A stretch of 64,000 bases of DNA from Acidobacteriota bacterium (GTDB lineage: Bacteria; Acidobacteriota; Vicinamibacteria; Vicinamibacterales; SCN-69-37): assembly GCA_044507065.1 (NCBI GenBank), contig JBIQJY010000004.1, positions 44,205-108,204 on the forward strand, written 5' to 3'. This document shows, piece after piece, positions 47,314-57,610 of this stretch. The notes beneath the pieces were generated by a model. The model saw only the letters and a list, made by a program, of their open reading frames with translations. It was not told where the DNA came from and made no database searches. The position numbers and the translations under genes are program-made. How positions within the stretch are numbered: position 1 is the first letter of the stretch; every line of letters begins with the position of its first letter.

Positions 47314-49608
47314 CTACCGGCCGCGCTTTGATCCCCCCCGCGTTGCCACCTTCCGGAAGGCCCGCTCCCGCCGTCCGGGGCGCCCACTGCTCTTCCCCTT
47401 TTTCCGCTGTTCCTTCGCCGGTTTCGCCTTGCTCGTCCGTGCCCCGCGGGGTCCGGCGGTCCGTCGCACGGTCTCGAGGATCTCGGTCAGCCCGAGATCG
47501 ATCTGCCGTCGCTCCATGTCCACGCGGATGACCTGCACCTTCACCCGATCGCCCAGTCGATAGATTCGGCCCGTGGCCTCGCCGCGCAGCAGGTGCGCGC
47601 GTTCCTCGAAGCGGTAGTAATCGTCGGCCATCGTCGAGACGTGGACGAGCCCCTCGACGAAGTGTTCGATGAGCTCGAGGTACAACCCGAAAGCGCTGAC
47701 GCCCGTGACGTAGCCTTCGAACTCCTCGCCGACCTTGTCGGCCATGAAGCGGACCTTTTTCCACTGCACCAGCTCGCGTTCGGCATCGGTGGCGCGCCGC
47801 TCGCGCTCCGAGGTATGTCGCGCGATCTCGGGCAGGTCCTCGGTCAGTTCCGCTTTCCGATCCGCCTCCACGCGGCGCCGGCTCTCGCGCAGGACCCGGT
47901 GCACGACGAGATCCGGATACCGACGAATGGGCGACGTGAAGTGCGTGTAGGCCGCGGCCGCCAGCCCGAAATGGCCGAGGTTCGACGGATCGTAGCGCGC
48001 CTTCTGCATCGTGCGCAGCATGAGCATGGCAATCGGCTTTTCCTCGGGCCGGCCCTGGATGCGCTCGACCAGCCGCTGGAAGTGACGGGGCTCGAGCCCG
48101 TCGGGCGCACCCGCCAGCGTGTAGCCGAGCGTGCCGATGAATTCCTGGAAGACTTCCACCTTGAGGGGATCGGGTGTCTCGTGCACGCGGTAGAGTGCCG
48201 GCATGCCGACCGACTCGAGATGCGCGGCCACCGTCTCGTTGGCCAGCAGCATGAACTCCTCGATCAGCCGATGCGCCACGTTGCGCTGCGACGCAACGAT
48301 GTCCTCGACGAGCCCGGCGTCGTCGATGACCACCTGGGATTCCTTCAGGTCGAAATCGATCGACCCGCGCCGTCGTCGACGCGCGTGCAGCACGTCGAAC
48401 AGTTCGTGCATGCGCTCGAAAAGGCCGACGAGGGGGCGATACCGATCCATCATCGTGGCATCGCGATCGGTCAGGATCGCGTTGACGTCCGTGTAGGTCA
48501 TTCGCGCATGGCTGTGGATGATCCCGTCGTGCATCTCGTAGCGGACGACAACGCCATTGCGCCGGTCGACCTCCATCAGGCAGGACTGCACGAGCCGGTC
48601 GACGTGAGGATTCAGGCTGCACAGGCCGGTCGACAGCTCCGATGGGAACATGTGAACTGCCCGCTCGGGAAAGTACACCGACGTCCCGCGCTCGTAGGCC
48701 TCGCGATCGAGCGCACTGCCCTCCTTGACGTAATGCGCGACGTCGGCGATGTGCACACCGAGCCAGAAGTTGCCATTCGGCAGCCGATCCAGCGAGATCG
48801 CGTCATCGAAGTCGCGGGCATGCTCGCCGTCAATCGTCACCGTCGGCCAGTCCCGGAAGTCGGTCCGCCCCTGGCGATCGCGGTCGGATATGGCGGCGCC
48901 GAGGCGCGTGGCTTCGGCAACGGCGTCATCCCCGTGCGCATCCGGCAGGTTGTACTTGCGGATGATGACCTGGGTGTCCACACCGGGAGCGTCGAGTGGG
49001 CCGATCACCTCGATGATCCGCCCGAGTGCCGGGCGGGTCGCTGTCGGCCAGCGTGTGATCTGCGCGGTGACCATTTCGCCCGGAACGGCGCCGCCTCTCT
49101 CATCCGCGGGAATCTGCATGTCGACCACGAGCCGACGGTCGAACGGCACGAGAAAGCCCCGGCCGGCGTCGTCGACGTCGTACCGGCCCACGATGCGCTG
49201 CGATCCGCGCTCGAGGATCCGGACGATGCGACCCTCGGCTCGATCCGAATCGCGCCGATGCTCGATGCGCACGACCACCCGGTCGCCATGCATCGCCTGG
49301 TTCAGGTTGTTGCCGGCGATGTAGATGCTCTTCGGATCGCCCGGGGCGACCGACTCCGGATCAACGAACGCATGGCCGCGCGGGCTGGTCGACACCCGGC
49401 CAACGACCAGGTTCATCCGGTCCGGCAGGCCGAACCGCCCCCCGCGGATTTCGACGAGCGAGCCCGACGCCACGAGGGATCGCAGGTGTCGCTTGAAGGT
49501 GACCTGCTGCTCGCGTGGGACGCGCAGCACCTGCACGAGTTCGCGCGCCGTGGCCGGATGATCGACCCGGTCACGGATGGCGCGAAGAATCTCTGTCTCT
49601 GATTGCAT
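47314..49608 (-). CDS. rnr: Ribonuclease R
   Basis: Start MQSETEILRAI. CSD-like N-terminus, RNB catalytic domain (DFDDAISL...HIADV), S1 domain (GYVTGVSAFGLYLEL) and a Lys/Arg-rich tail. Confidence 0.9.
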   Translation of the reverse strand: MQSETEILRAIRDRVDHPATARELVQVLRVPREQQVTFKRHLRSLVASGSLVEIRGGRFGLPDRMNLVVGRVSTSPRGHAFVDPESVAPGDPKSIYIAGNNLNQAMHGDRVVVRIEHRRDSDRAEGRIVRILERGSQRIVGRYDVDDAGRGFLVPFDRRLVVDMQIPADERGGAVPGEMVTAQITRWPTATRPALGRIIEVIGPLDAPGVDTQVIIRKYNLPDAHGDDAVAEATRLGAAISDRDRQGRTDFRDWPTVTIDGEHARDFDDAISLDRLPNGNFWLGVHIADVAHYVKEGSALDREAYERGTSVYFPERAVHMFPSELSTGLCSLNPHVDRLVQSCLMEVDRRNGVVVRYEMHDGIIHSHARMTYTDVNAILTDRDATMMDRYRPLVGLFERMHELFDVLHARRRRRGSIDFDLKESQVVIDDAGLVEDIVASQRNVAHRLIEEFMLLANETVAAHLESVGMPALYRVHETPDPLKVEVFQEFIGTLGYTLAGAPDGLEPRHFQRLVERIQGRPEEKPIAMLMLRTMQKARYDPSNLGHFGLAAAAYTHFTSPIRRYPDLVVHRVLRESRRRVEADRKAELTEDLPEIARHTSERERRATDAERELVQWKKVRFMADKVGEEFEGYVTGVSAFGLYLELIEHFVEGLVHVSTMADDYYRFEERAHLLRGEATGRIYRLGDRVKVQVIRVDMERRQIDLGLTEILETVRRTAGPRGARTSKAKPAKEQRKKGKSSGRPGRRERAFRKVATRGGSKRGR

Positions 49609-49654
49609 GAAGTATCGGTATCTGTTCTGCCGTCGCAACGGCGGGATCGGACGT

Positions 49655-50068
49655 TCAGGGGCCGACAGTCGGCACCGAGGATTCGAGCGTGCGCAGGGCC
49701 GCCGCCGCCGTGTCCGCCGCCGTGGGATTGAGCGCGGCGGACAGTCCGTCTGCCTCGTCGAGCTGCGTGATGACGTCCTGGACGCCAGCGGCCCGGTCAG
49801 GCTGGCCCAGCGTGCGCAGGCGGGCGTCGACGCGCTGCGCGATCGCACGTGCGCGCTGGATCGCCCGCCGCGCCTCGCCAAAGTTCGAGTCGATGAGACT
49901 CAGCCGCGCATCCTGAATCGAAGCCCGCACCTCGGCGGCATCGGCCCGCAGCATCGTCTGCTCGAGCTGGGCCGCCAGGTCCGCGCGGTTCGACGCGCCG
50001 ACGTACCACCCCAGGGCGAACGCCAGCACCACGCAGCCAACGCCAATCCCAAGTGTCTTGAGCGTCAT
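49655..50068 (-). CDS. Single-TM coiled-coil protein, function unknown
   Basis: 137 aa starting MTLKTLGIGVGCVVLAFALGWYVG, followed by an Ala/Arg/Gln-rich helical region. This is the internal start of track ORF 49655..50812. Confidence 0.45.
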   Translation of the reverse strand: MTLKTLGIGVGCVVLAFALGWYVGASNRADLAAQLEQTMLRADAAEVRASIQDARLSLIDSNFGEARRAIQRARAIAQRVDARLRTLGQPDRAAGVQDVITQLDEADGLSAALNPTAADTAAAALRTLESSVPTVGP

Positions 50069-50091
50069 TCGGTGAGGATACTCGAACTGCC

Positions 50092-51444
50092 TCAGGCCAG
50101 CAGCAGGACCTGCACGTCGCCGACGTTGGTCCCGGTCGGGCCGGTTCGGACCAGACCGCCGAGCCGTTCGAGCAACGGATAGGTGTTGTTGTCCGCCAGC
50201 GCCGCAGCGCACGCGGCGCGCGCGCCATCGCCCATCGCCCCCCAGGCGCCGTCGTCCACGATGGCGCCGGCCGCGTCGGTCGGGCCGTCGACGCCGTCGG
50301 TGCCGACGCTGGCCAATGCGGCGGGCGCGTGAGTGGCCAGCGTTTCGAGCGCGGCAACAGCCAGTTCCTGGTTGCGCCCGCCACGGCCCTGGCCGCGCAC
50401 GGCCACGGTCGTTTCGCCCGAGGCGATCACGCAGGCCGGGCGCGGCAGCGCGGCCGTTCGCGCGAGCTCGAACAGATCCGATGCGGCCAGCCTGGCTTCT
50501 CCCACCGTCGGCTCGATCCGTACGTGCACGCTGTAGCCGAGCCTGCGCGCCGTCTCGGCGGCAGCGTGCATCGCGTCGTGTCTCGACGCGATCACCCAGT
50601 AGGCCGCCTGCCGCAATGCATCGGAGTCGGGCGCTACCGGCCCGTGCGCCGAGCCAGCCGCGCCCGAGAGCAGGTGGTGCAGCGCCGCGACAGGCACGCG
50701 GGCCGTCAGGTCCCAGCGCTCGAGGACGGCCAGCGCGTCGGCGAACGCCGTCGGATCGCCAACCGTCGGACCCGAGCCGATCACGACCGGATCGTCCTCG
50801 ACGGGCGTGCACACGTCGGAGATGGCCAGCGTGATGCTGCGTCCTGCGCGCGCGGCCAACTGGCCACCCTTGATGGCCGACAGATGGCGCCGCACCGTGT
50901 TGATCTCGGAAATGTCCGCGCCGGCGCGCAACAGCGCCGCGGTCGTCGCGGCCTTGTCATCGATGGTCAGCCCTTCGGCGGGAACCGCCAGCATGGCCGA
51001 TGCACCGCCCGACAGGCACACGAGCAGGACTCCGTCGTCTTCGCGCGTATCGCCGGCGAGGGCCAGCGCGCTGCGCCCGGCCTGTTCACTTGCGGCGGAA
51101 GGGCGCGGATGGGTGGCCGGCACCATCAGCCACCCCGGACAGTCGCCGCTCGTGGCCGCAGTGACAAGGCCGGCGAGGTGGCGGCCGCCGAGCACATCGT
51201 CGACGGCCGTCATCATGCCGACGGCGGCCTTGCCGGCCGCCACCACTCGTACATGCGACTCGGCGCGCAACGAATCGCGAAGCCGGTCCAAGGCGCTGAA
51301 GGTGACGCGACGCGCATCGACGGCCGTCAGGGCAGCCGAGTAGATCGACGCGAGATGCTGGTGAAGACGGGGATTAATGGAGTTGTCCGGGGTCGGTCCA
51401 GGCGGACAGTTTGGTGACGAGATCGAACTTGCGCAACAGCTCAC
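50092..51444 (-). CDS. Glycerate 2-kinase / hydroxypyruvate reductase family (DUF4147 plus MOFRL)
   Basis: VVAAGKAAVGM, LSGGASAML, GGETTV-like ASGETTVAV, GRNQELA, GTDGVDGPTDAAGA. The start is uncertain, since ATG 51444 would overlap the upstream ORF by 71 nt. Confidence 0.8.
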   Translation of the reverse strand: MSCCASSISSPNCPPGPTPDNSINPRLHQHLASIYSAALTAVDARRVTFSALDRLRDSLRAESHVRVVAAGKAAVGMMTAVDDVLGGRHLAGLVTAATSGDCPGWLMVPATHPRPSAASEQAGRSALALAGDTREDDGVLLVCLSGGASAMLAVPAEGLTIDDKAATTAALLRAGADISEINTVRRHLSAIKGGQLAARAGRSITLAISDVCTPVEDDPVVIGSGPTVGDPTAFADALAVLERWDLTARVPVAALHHLLSGAAGSAHGPVAPDSDALRQAAYWVIASRHDAMHAAAETARRLGYSVHVRIEPTVGEARLAASDLFELARTAALPRPACVIASGETTVAVRGQGRGGRNQELAVAALETLATHAPAALASVGTDGVDGPTDAAGAIVDDGAWGAMGDGARAACAAALADNNTYPLLERLGGLVRTGPTGTNVGDVQVLLLA

Positions 51445-51736
51445 CCATCATCTGGCAGGCGTCGTCGCGCTCGCACAACTGCTCGAGTTGGCCCATGATG
51501 CGCGTGAGGGCCTCCTCGGCCTGGCTGATGGCGCGGTCCGAGTAGTACTCACGCTGGCGTTCCAGACAGTCGTGATGCTTGCGCAACTCCTGCCTGAAAA
51601 AGTCCGCGAGGCACTGGCAAGGAGCATCTCCGCAGGTCTGCGGATTCGATCCCGCCGCGCCGTTGGTCAGACCAGTCTTGAAGATCATCTCGATTGGGAA
51701 CACACCCAGTGTATGTAATGGAGCGGACACTGTCAA
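51374..51736 (-). CDS. Hypothetical Cys-containing helical protein
   Basis: 120-aa ORF (or 104 aa from MIFKTG). Reverse-strand GC3 is high, while the codon-aligned + strand ORF has visibly lower GC3. Six Cys residues, including CGDAPCQC. I recognise no family. Confidence 0.45.
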   Translation of the reverse strand: MTVSAPLHTLGVFPIEMIFKTGLTNGAAGSNPQTCGDAPCQCLADFFRQELRKHHDCLERQREYYSDRAISQAEEALTRIMGQLEQLCERDDACQMMGELLRKFDLVTKLSAWTDPGQLH

Positions 51737-51769
51737 TCCGCCACGGGCGGGATTCGGCCTCCTGCGCGC

Positions 51770-53212
<1,443 letters not shown>

Positions 53213-53300
53213 GGCGACCTTCATGTTACGGCAGATTTCCCGCGCTCCGGACCTCACAACGCCTGCAGCGCGCCGAGCCTGCTCCCGATAGTTGGTGCTG

Positions 53301-54272
53301 ATGCCGAGGTGTCTCGTGTCCCGGTCGTTGCCCGCCGTCCTCGTCATCGTGGCAGCGAGCATCATCGCCGCCTGTGCGCCGAAATCGTCGCCCGGCCCTG
53401 GCTCCCCTCGCCCCATGCCGACGCTGCCCGATGTCGTGCGGATTGGTTCATCCGGCCGCGTCACCGTCGTGCCGCTGGAGGAGTACGTCGTCGGTACGGC
53501 CCTCGCTGAAGTCGGCCCCGCGGGTGAATCGGCCGAGACGGCGGCAGCCATCTTCCGGCTGCAGGCGATCCTCGCGCGGACATACGCGGCGTCACATGTC
53601 GGGCGGCACCGGGCCGAGGGGTTCGACCTGTGCGACACGACGCATTGCCAGGTGTACGAGCCTGCCCGCATTCGGACTTCCCGGTTTGCCGATATCGCGC
53701 GACGCGCGGTGCGGGATACCGAAGGGCAGGTCCTGACCGTCGATGCGCGACTGGCCGAAGCCCTGTTTCACGCCGACTGCGGCGGGCACACGACCGACGC
53801 GCAAATGGTCTGGGGAAACCCCGTGTCCTATCTCGTCGGCATACCCGACCCGGCGCCGGAACACACCCACCGCCAGTGGGAGTTCCGCGTGACGTCCGAC
53901 GACTTGCGTGACGCGCTCAATGGCTCCCCGGCCAGCACCGTCGGCGACCGGCTCACATCGGTGCGGGTCGCCGAACGCGATGCGAGTGGCCGCGCGGCGC
54001 GCGTCGAGGTCATCGGCAGCGAGACCCGGATGCTGCGCGGCGAACCATTCCGCGCCATCGTCACGCGGAAGTTCGGCTATCGCACCCTGTTGAGCACGCG
54101 CTTCACGGTGACGCGTGAAGGCGGCGAGTACCTGTTCGCGGGCTCAGGGTTCGGCCACGGCGTCGGACTGTGCCAGGTGGGCGCGGCGGCGCGACTTCGC
54201 CGCGGGGATTCCATCCGCTCAGTGCTTGCGGCCTACTACGCCGGGAGCCAGATCACGCGGCTCAGGCGCTGA
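53301..54272 (+). CDS. SpoIID/LytB-domain lipoprotein
   Basis: Lipobox VAASIIAAC. SpoIID signature LEEYVVGTALAEV...ARTYA...DLCDTTHCQVY...FHADCGGHT...GHGVGLCQ. Confidence 0.85.
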   Translation: MPRCLVSRSLPAVLVIVAASIIAACAPKSSPGPGSPRPMPTLPDVVRIGSSGRVTVVPLEEYVVGTALAEVGPAGESAETAAAIFRLQAILARTYAASHVGRHRAEGFDLCDTTHCQVYEPARIRTSRFADIARRAVRDTEGQVLTVDARLAEALFHADCGGHTTDAQMVWGNPVSYLVGIPDPAPEHTHRQWEFRVTSDDLRDALNGSPASTVGDRLTSVRVAERDASGRAARVEVIGSETRMLRGEPFRAIVTRKFGYRTLLSTRFTVTREGGEYLFAGSGFGHGVGLCQVGAAARLRRGDSIRSVLAAYYAGSQITRLRR

Positions 54273-54418
54273 GGCACCACGAAGCCCCGGACGCCGGCTG
54301 CCCCCTTCACGGCCGATCCCGAACGCGCGGCCGGGACTTTCTGTACCCCGGTCCAGGCCGTCGGCCGGCAAATCCCAGATACAATCGGCGTAAACAATTG
54401 CCTGTTTGTGACGTAACT

Positions 54419-55087
54419 ATGACAGAGCCGGTCCCGACGCCCGTCAGTTCACGCGATGCGGACGCCCGTGTGGCGCTCGACATTCGCGCGTACCAGGCCG
54501 AGGGGCGGCTCGATGCCGCGCGCGAACGCTACAGCGAGATCGTCACCCGCTATCAGCGCCGCGCGGCCCGTATCGCGTATCACTATCTGCGCGATGCGGC
54601 CGACGCCGACGAAGCCGTCCAGGACGCCTTCGTCAAGGCGTATATGCACCTGGGGACCTTCCGCGAGGAGCTCCCCTTCGAGGTCTGGTTCACGCGCATC
54701 CTGATCAATGGATGCCTCGATCGGCTCAAGGCGCGACGGCGCCGCGAGCGTTGGATTGCCCCGCCGGTGCTCGACCCCAGCGGGGCCGAGCGGGACCCGT
54801 CCGAGTACCTGCCGTCGCGGGGACCGAGTCCCGAGGACCTGGTACTCTCGGACGAACGGCGCCGTCAGTTGATGGATGCCGTGGCCGAGTTGCCCGAACG
54901 CCAGCGAATGGTGTTCATGTTGAGTCACTTCGATGGTCGTTCCTCGCGTGAGGTCAGCGCCATGACGGGGCTGAATGAGTCGACCGTTCGAGTGCACCTG
55001 TTTCGGGCCATCCGGCGGCTGCGAGGCCTGCTGGTGACGACACGGAGCAGCGGTACAGCCGGGAGGAACAGCCGTGCGAATCTCTGA
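54419..55087 (+). CDS. ECF-type RNA polymerase sigma factor
   Basis: Region 2 (DEAVQDAFVKAYMHLGTFR...FEVWFTRILIN) and region 4 HTH (LPERQRMVFMLSHFDGRSSREVSAMTGLNESTVRVHLFRA). ATG at 54419. Confidence 0.85.
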   Translation: MTEPVPTPVSSRDADARVALDIRAYQAEGRLDAARERYSEIVTRYQRRAARIAYHYLRDAADADEAVQDAFVKAYMHLGTFREELPFEVWFTRILINGCLDRLKARRRRERWIAPPVLDPSGAERDPSEYLPSRGPSPEDLVLSDERRRQLMDAVAELPERQRMVFMLSHFDGRSSREVSAMTGLNESTVRVHLFRAIRRLRGLLVTTRSSGTAGRNSRANL

Positions 55088-55643
55088 CATCATCTTTCGT
55101 CGAGGTCATCTTTCGGAAGACGCGATCACGCTGGCGCTCGTGACGGGCGAACGGCCCGATCACCTGGCTGCCTGCGAGCGTTGCACACGGCGGGCGCTCG
55201 ACCTGAGCCGTTGGCTCGACGATGCGCGGGCCGCGGCACTCGACGCGGCCGACGAGGCGTTTCCGCCCGAACGGCTGGCCATCCAGCAGGCCCAGATCAT
55301 GCGGCGCCTCGAACAGGTCGACGAACCGCGGCGCGTCATCGCATTCCCGGCCCAGAGCGTAGCCGCACCGCGGTCCGAGAGCGGCCGTCGCGTCGCCCCG
55401 GCCTGGGTCGGCGTGGCAGCGGCCGCCGGGCTGGTCGTGGGCGTCGTGGGCAGCCAGCTGTCCTCGTACGTCGCCGCGCCGGATCCACAGCCGTCGACAG
55501 CAGTCCCAGCCGTCGCGGCTCCAATCTCCACCGAGCCGATGAACGCTTCCCTGCTGTCGATCGACCTCGACCGCTACATCCCGACCGATCTGCGCGCCAT
55601 CGAGCAGGCGACGCCGGCGATGGTGGCCGCGCAGGCGCAGTAG
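55074..55643 (+). CDS. Zinc-binding (ZAS-type) anti-sigma factor, single TM
   Basis: Overlaps the sigma gene by 14 nt. HxxxCxxC motif (HLAACERC). TM helix VAPAWVGVAAAAGLVVGVVG. Confidence 0.68.
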   Translation: MRISDIIFRRGHLSEDAITLALVTGERPDHLAACERCTRRALDLSRWLDDARAAALDAADEAFPPERLAIQQAQIMRRLEQVDEPRRVIAFPAQSVAAPRSESGRRVAPAWVGVAAAAGLVVGVVGSQLSSYVAAPDPQPSTAVPAVAAPISTEPMNASLLSIDLDRYIPTDLRAIEQATPAMVAAQAQ

Positions 55644-55662
55644 CGACACGGTTTTCCCGCCT

Positions 55663-55690
55663 GGTGCCGCGTGCAACCGCACGCGGCACC
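55663..55690 (+). terminator. Perfect 12-bp GC-rich hairpin after the anti-sigma gene (terminator-like, no clear U-tract)
   Basis: GGTGCCGCGTGC-AACC-GCACGCGGCACC, 20 nt after the stop. A TACAAT box at 55735..55740 follows, before ispH. Confidence 0.45.
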
Positions 55691-55763
55691 CGAGGCGTTC
55701 GTTGTCGCGCCTGCAATCGCCCACGCCGGACGGCTACAATGATGGGATGATTGCGAGGTTTCG

Positions 55764-56957
55764 ATGCCGCCTCTAGTCTTCCGCAAGGGCCTCGACATGA
55801 AGGCCGAGGTGGCCGGCGAACTGGCGGCGGCCTACCACAGCTCCATCGTCGACGCCGTTCGCTCCGCTGACTACGTCCGGAAGACCGGGCGGCTCACGAT
55901 CCATCTCGCACGCGAGTTCGGCTTCTGCTACGGCGTCGACCGCGCCGTCGACTATGCCTACCAGGCCGGACGTCGTTTCCCGGACCGGCGCGTGTTCCTG
56001 ACGGGCGAGATCATCCACAACCCCCACGTCAACGATCAGCTCCGCAGTCGCGGTATCCGCATCCTGACCGACGAGAGCGAACGCGATACGACGCTTGGCC
56101 CCGACGACGTCGTCATCCTGCCGGCCTTCGGCGTCTCCATCGCGGAGCTTGCCGCCCTCGAGGCCCGCGGCTGCACGCTGGTCGACACGACGTGCGGGTC
56201 GGTTCTGACCGTCTGGAAGAACGTCAAGCGTTACGCCAAGGACGGCTTCACGTCGGTCGTCCACGGCAAGGTCCAGCACGAGGAGACCCGGGCCACGGCC
56301 TCGCAGGCCACGGCGTTCCCCGACGGCCACTACCTCGTGGTTCGCGACGAGGAGCAGGCCGAGATCGTCTGCGCCTTCATTCGGAACCCGGCCGACCCGG
56401 CCGGATTCCTCGAGACGTTTGCCGGCGCGTATTCGCCCGGTTTCGACCCGCTCCGCCACCTCGAGCGCATCGGCTGTGCCAACCAGACGACGATGTTGAT
56501 GACCGAATCGCTGCGCGTGGGCGAGATGCTCCGACAGGCAATGGTCGACCGGTATGGCGCGGAGGAAGCCGCCACGCGCTTTCGGGCATTCGACACAATC
56601 TGCAGCGCGACGCAAGAGCGCCAGGACGCGGTCGAGATGCTCCTGGCATCCGAGCGGCTCGACCTGGCCGTTGTCGTCGGCGGCTACAACAGCTCCAACA
56701 CGTGCAATCTGGCGAGAATGTGCGCGGACCACGTCCCCACCTTCCATATTTCCGACCCGGCCTGCCTCGGGGCCGATGGCACCATCCGGCACCGGCCGAT
56801 TGGCGCCCCCTCCACCGCCATGCTCCCGGAAACCCACACGCGGAACTGGCTGCCCGGCGGAACCGTAACGATAGGCTTGACAGCCGGTGCCTCAACCCCG
56901 AACAGCATCGTCGGCGAAGTCATCGAGAAGCTCGAACGGCTCGCTGGCGGCGCGTAA
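55764..56957 (+). CDS. ispH: 4-hydroxy-3-methylbut-2-enyl diphosphate reductase (long form)
   Basis: REFGFCYGVDRAV, GEIIHNPHV, DTTCGSV, HGKVQHEETRAT, CANQTT, ICSATQERQ, VVGGYNSSNT. The three conserved Cys regions are present. Confidence 0.9.
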   Translation: MPPLVFRKGLDMKAEVAGELAAAYHSSIVDAVRSADYVRKTGRLTIHLAREFGFCYGVDRAVDYAYQAGRRFPDRRVFLTGEIIHNPHVNDQLRSRGIRILTDESERDTTLGPDDVVILPAFGVSIAELAALEARGCTLVDTTCGSVLTVWKNVKRYAKDGFTSVVHGKVQHEETRATASQATAFPDGHYLVVRDEEQAEIVCAFIRNPADPAGFLETFAGAYSPGFDPLRHLERIGCANQTTMLMTESLRVGEMLRQAMVDRYGAEEAATRFRAFDTICSATQERQDAVEMLLASERLDLAVVVGGYNSSNTCNLARMCADHVPTFHISDPACLGADGTIRHRPIGAPSTAMLPETHTRNWLPGGTVTIGLTAGASTPNSIVGEVIEKLERLAGGA

Positions 56958-57019
56958 ACGGTCGGACCCGAGGGGGCGTAAGTCTAGTCGTGACTGATAG
57001 AAAGCTCCTCTGTGTTCGG

Positions 57020-57514
57020 ATGTGGCTGACCGGCGTCGCGGTTGCAGTCCTGCTCGGATCGGTGCCTGCACCGGTCAGGGCGGGGGCCAGCGATGGGACC
57101 ACGGTTGAAGCGCTGCAGGGCCCCTCGGGGTCCGGCCGCGGTTCGAGTCCCGCGAGCTGGGAGTGGTGGAACGATACGGACGTTCAGAAAGAGCTCGGCC
57201 TGACGCCTGAGAAGATCGAGCGGATCAACAGCTACTACAGTCGTCGCAATACCGAGCTCCGGCCGATGGTGCACGAGTTCTTCCGACAGTCTGCGGAACT
57301 CGAGAAGATGACCCGCGATCGCATTGCCGACGAGGGCACCTACGCCATGCAGGTCCTGCGTGTCGAATCCGTCCGGGCGCGCCTCAGCGAGAGTCGCACG
57401 TTGATGCTGTACCGCATCTCGCGCGAGCTCACGCCGGAACAGAATCAGAAGCTGCAGACGATTCTGGATCGGCGCTTCGACCGCAACCGCAACCGCACCC
57501 CGACCACCCGGTGA
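57020..57514 (+). CDS. Periplasmic Spy/CpxP-like (LTXXQ) protein
   Basis: Signal peptide MWLTGVAVAVLLGSVPAPVRA. Helical, with LTPEKIERI and LTPEQNQKL motifs. This is the C-terminal part of track ORF 56192..57514. Confidence 0.6.
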   Translation: MWLTGVAVAVLLGSVPAPVRAGASDGTTVEALQGPSGSGRGSSPASWEWWNDTDVQKELGLTPEKIERINSYYSRRNTELRPMVHEFFRQSAELEKMTRDRIADEGTYAMQVLRVESVRARLSESRTLMLYRISRELTPEQNQKLQTILDRRFDRNRNRTPTTR

Positions 57515-57610
57515 CCCGGTCGCCACGCGAACGAACCACAGATCAGGAACATGAGAACGGGGACGTCGGCCGCGAGTCCGACATCCGCACGTAGAGGAGT
57601 GAGAACGGCG

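Noticed and set aside
47593-49602. 669-aa + strand ORF
   Set aside because: Antisense to RNase R, which has RNB and S1 motifs on the reverse strand.
51636-51658. tRNA T-arm-like string GCGGATTCGATCCCGCC
   Set aside because: The flanking bases do not form a 5-bp T stem around a TTCGAxx loop, and no acceptor, D or anticodon arms can be drawn. The string lies inside the coding frame of the hypothetical ORF (encoding GSNPQ on the reverse strand).
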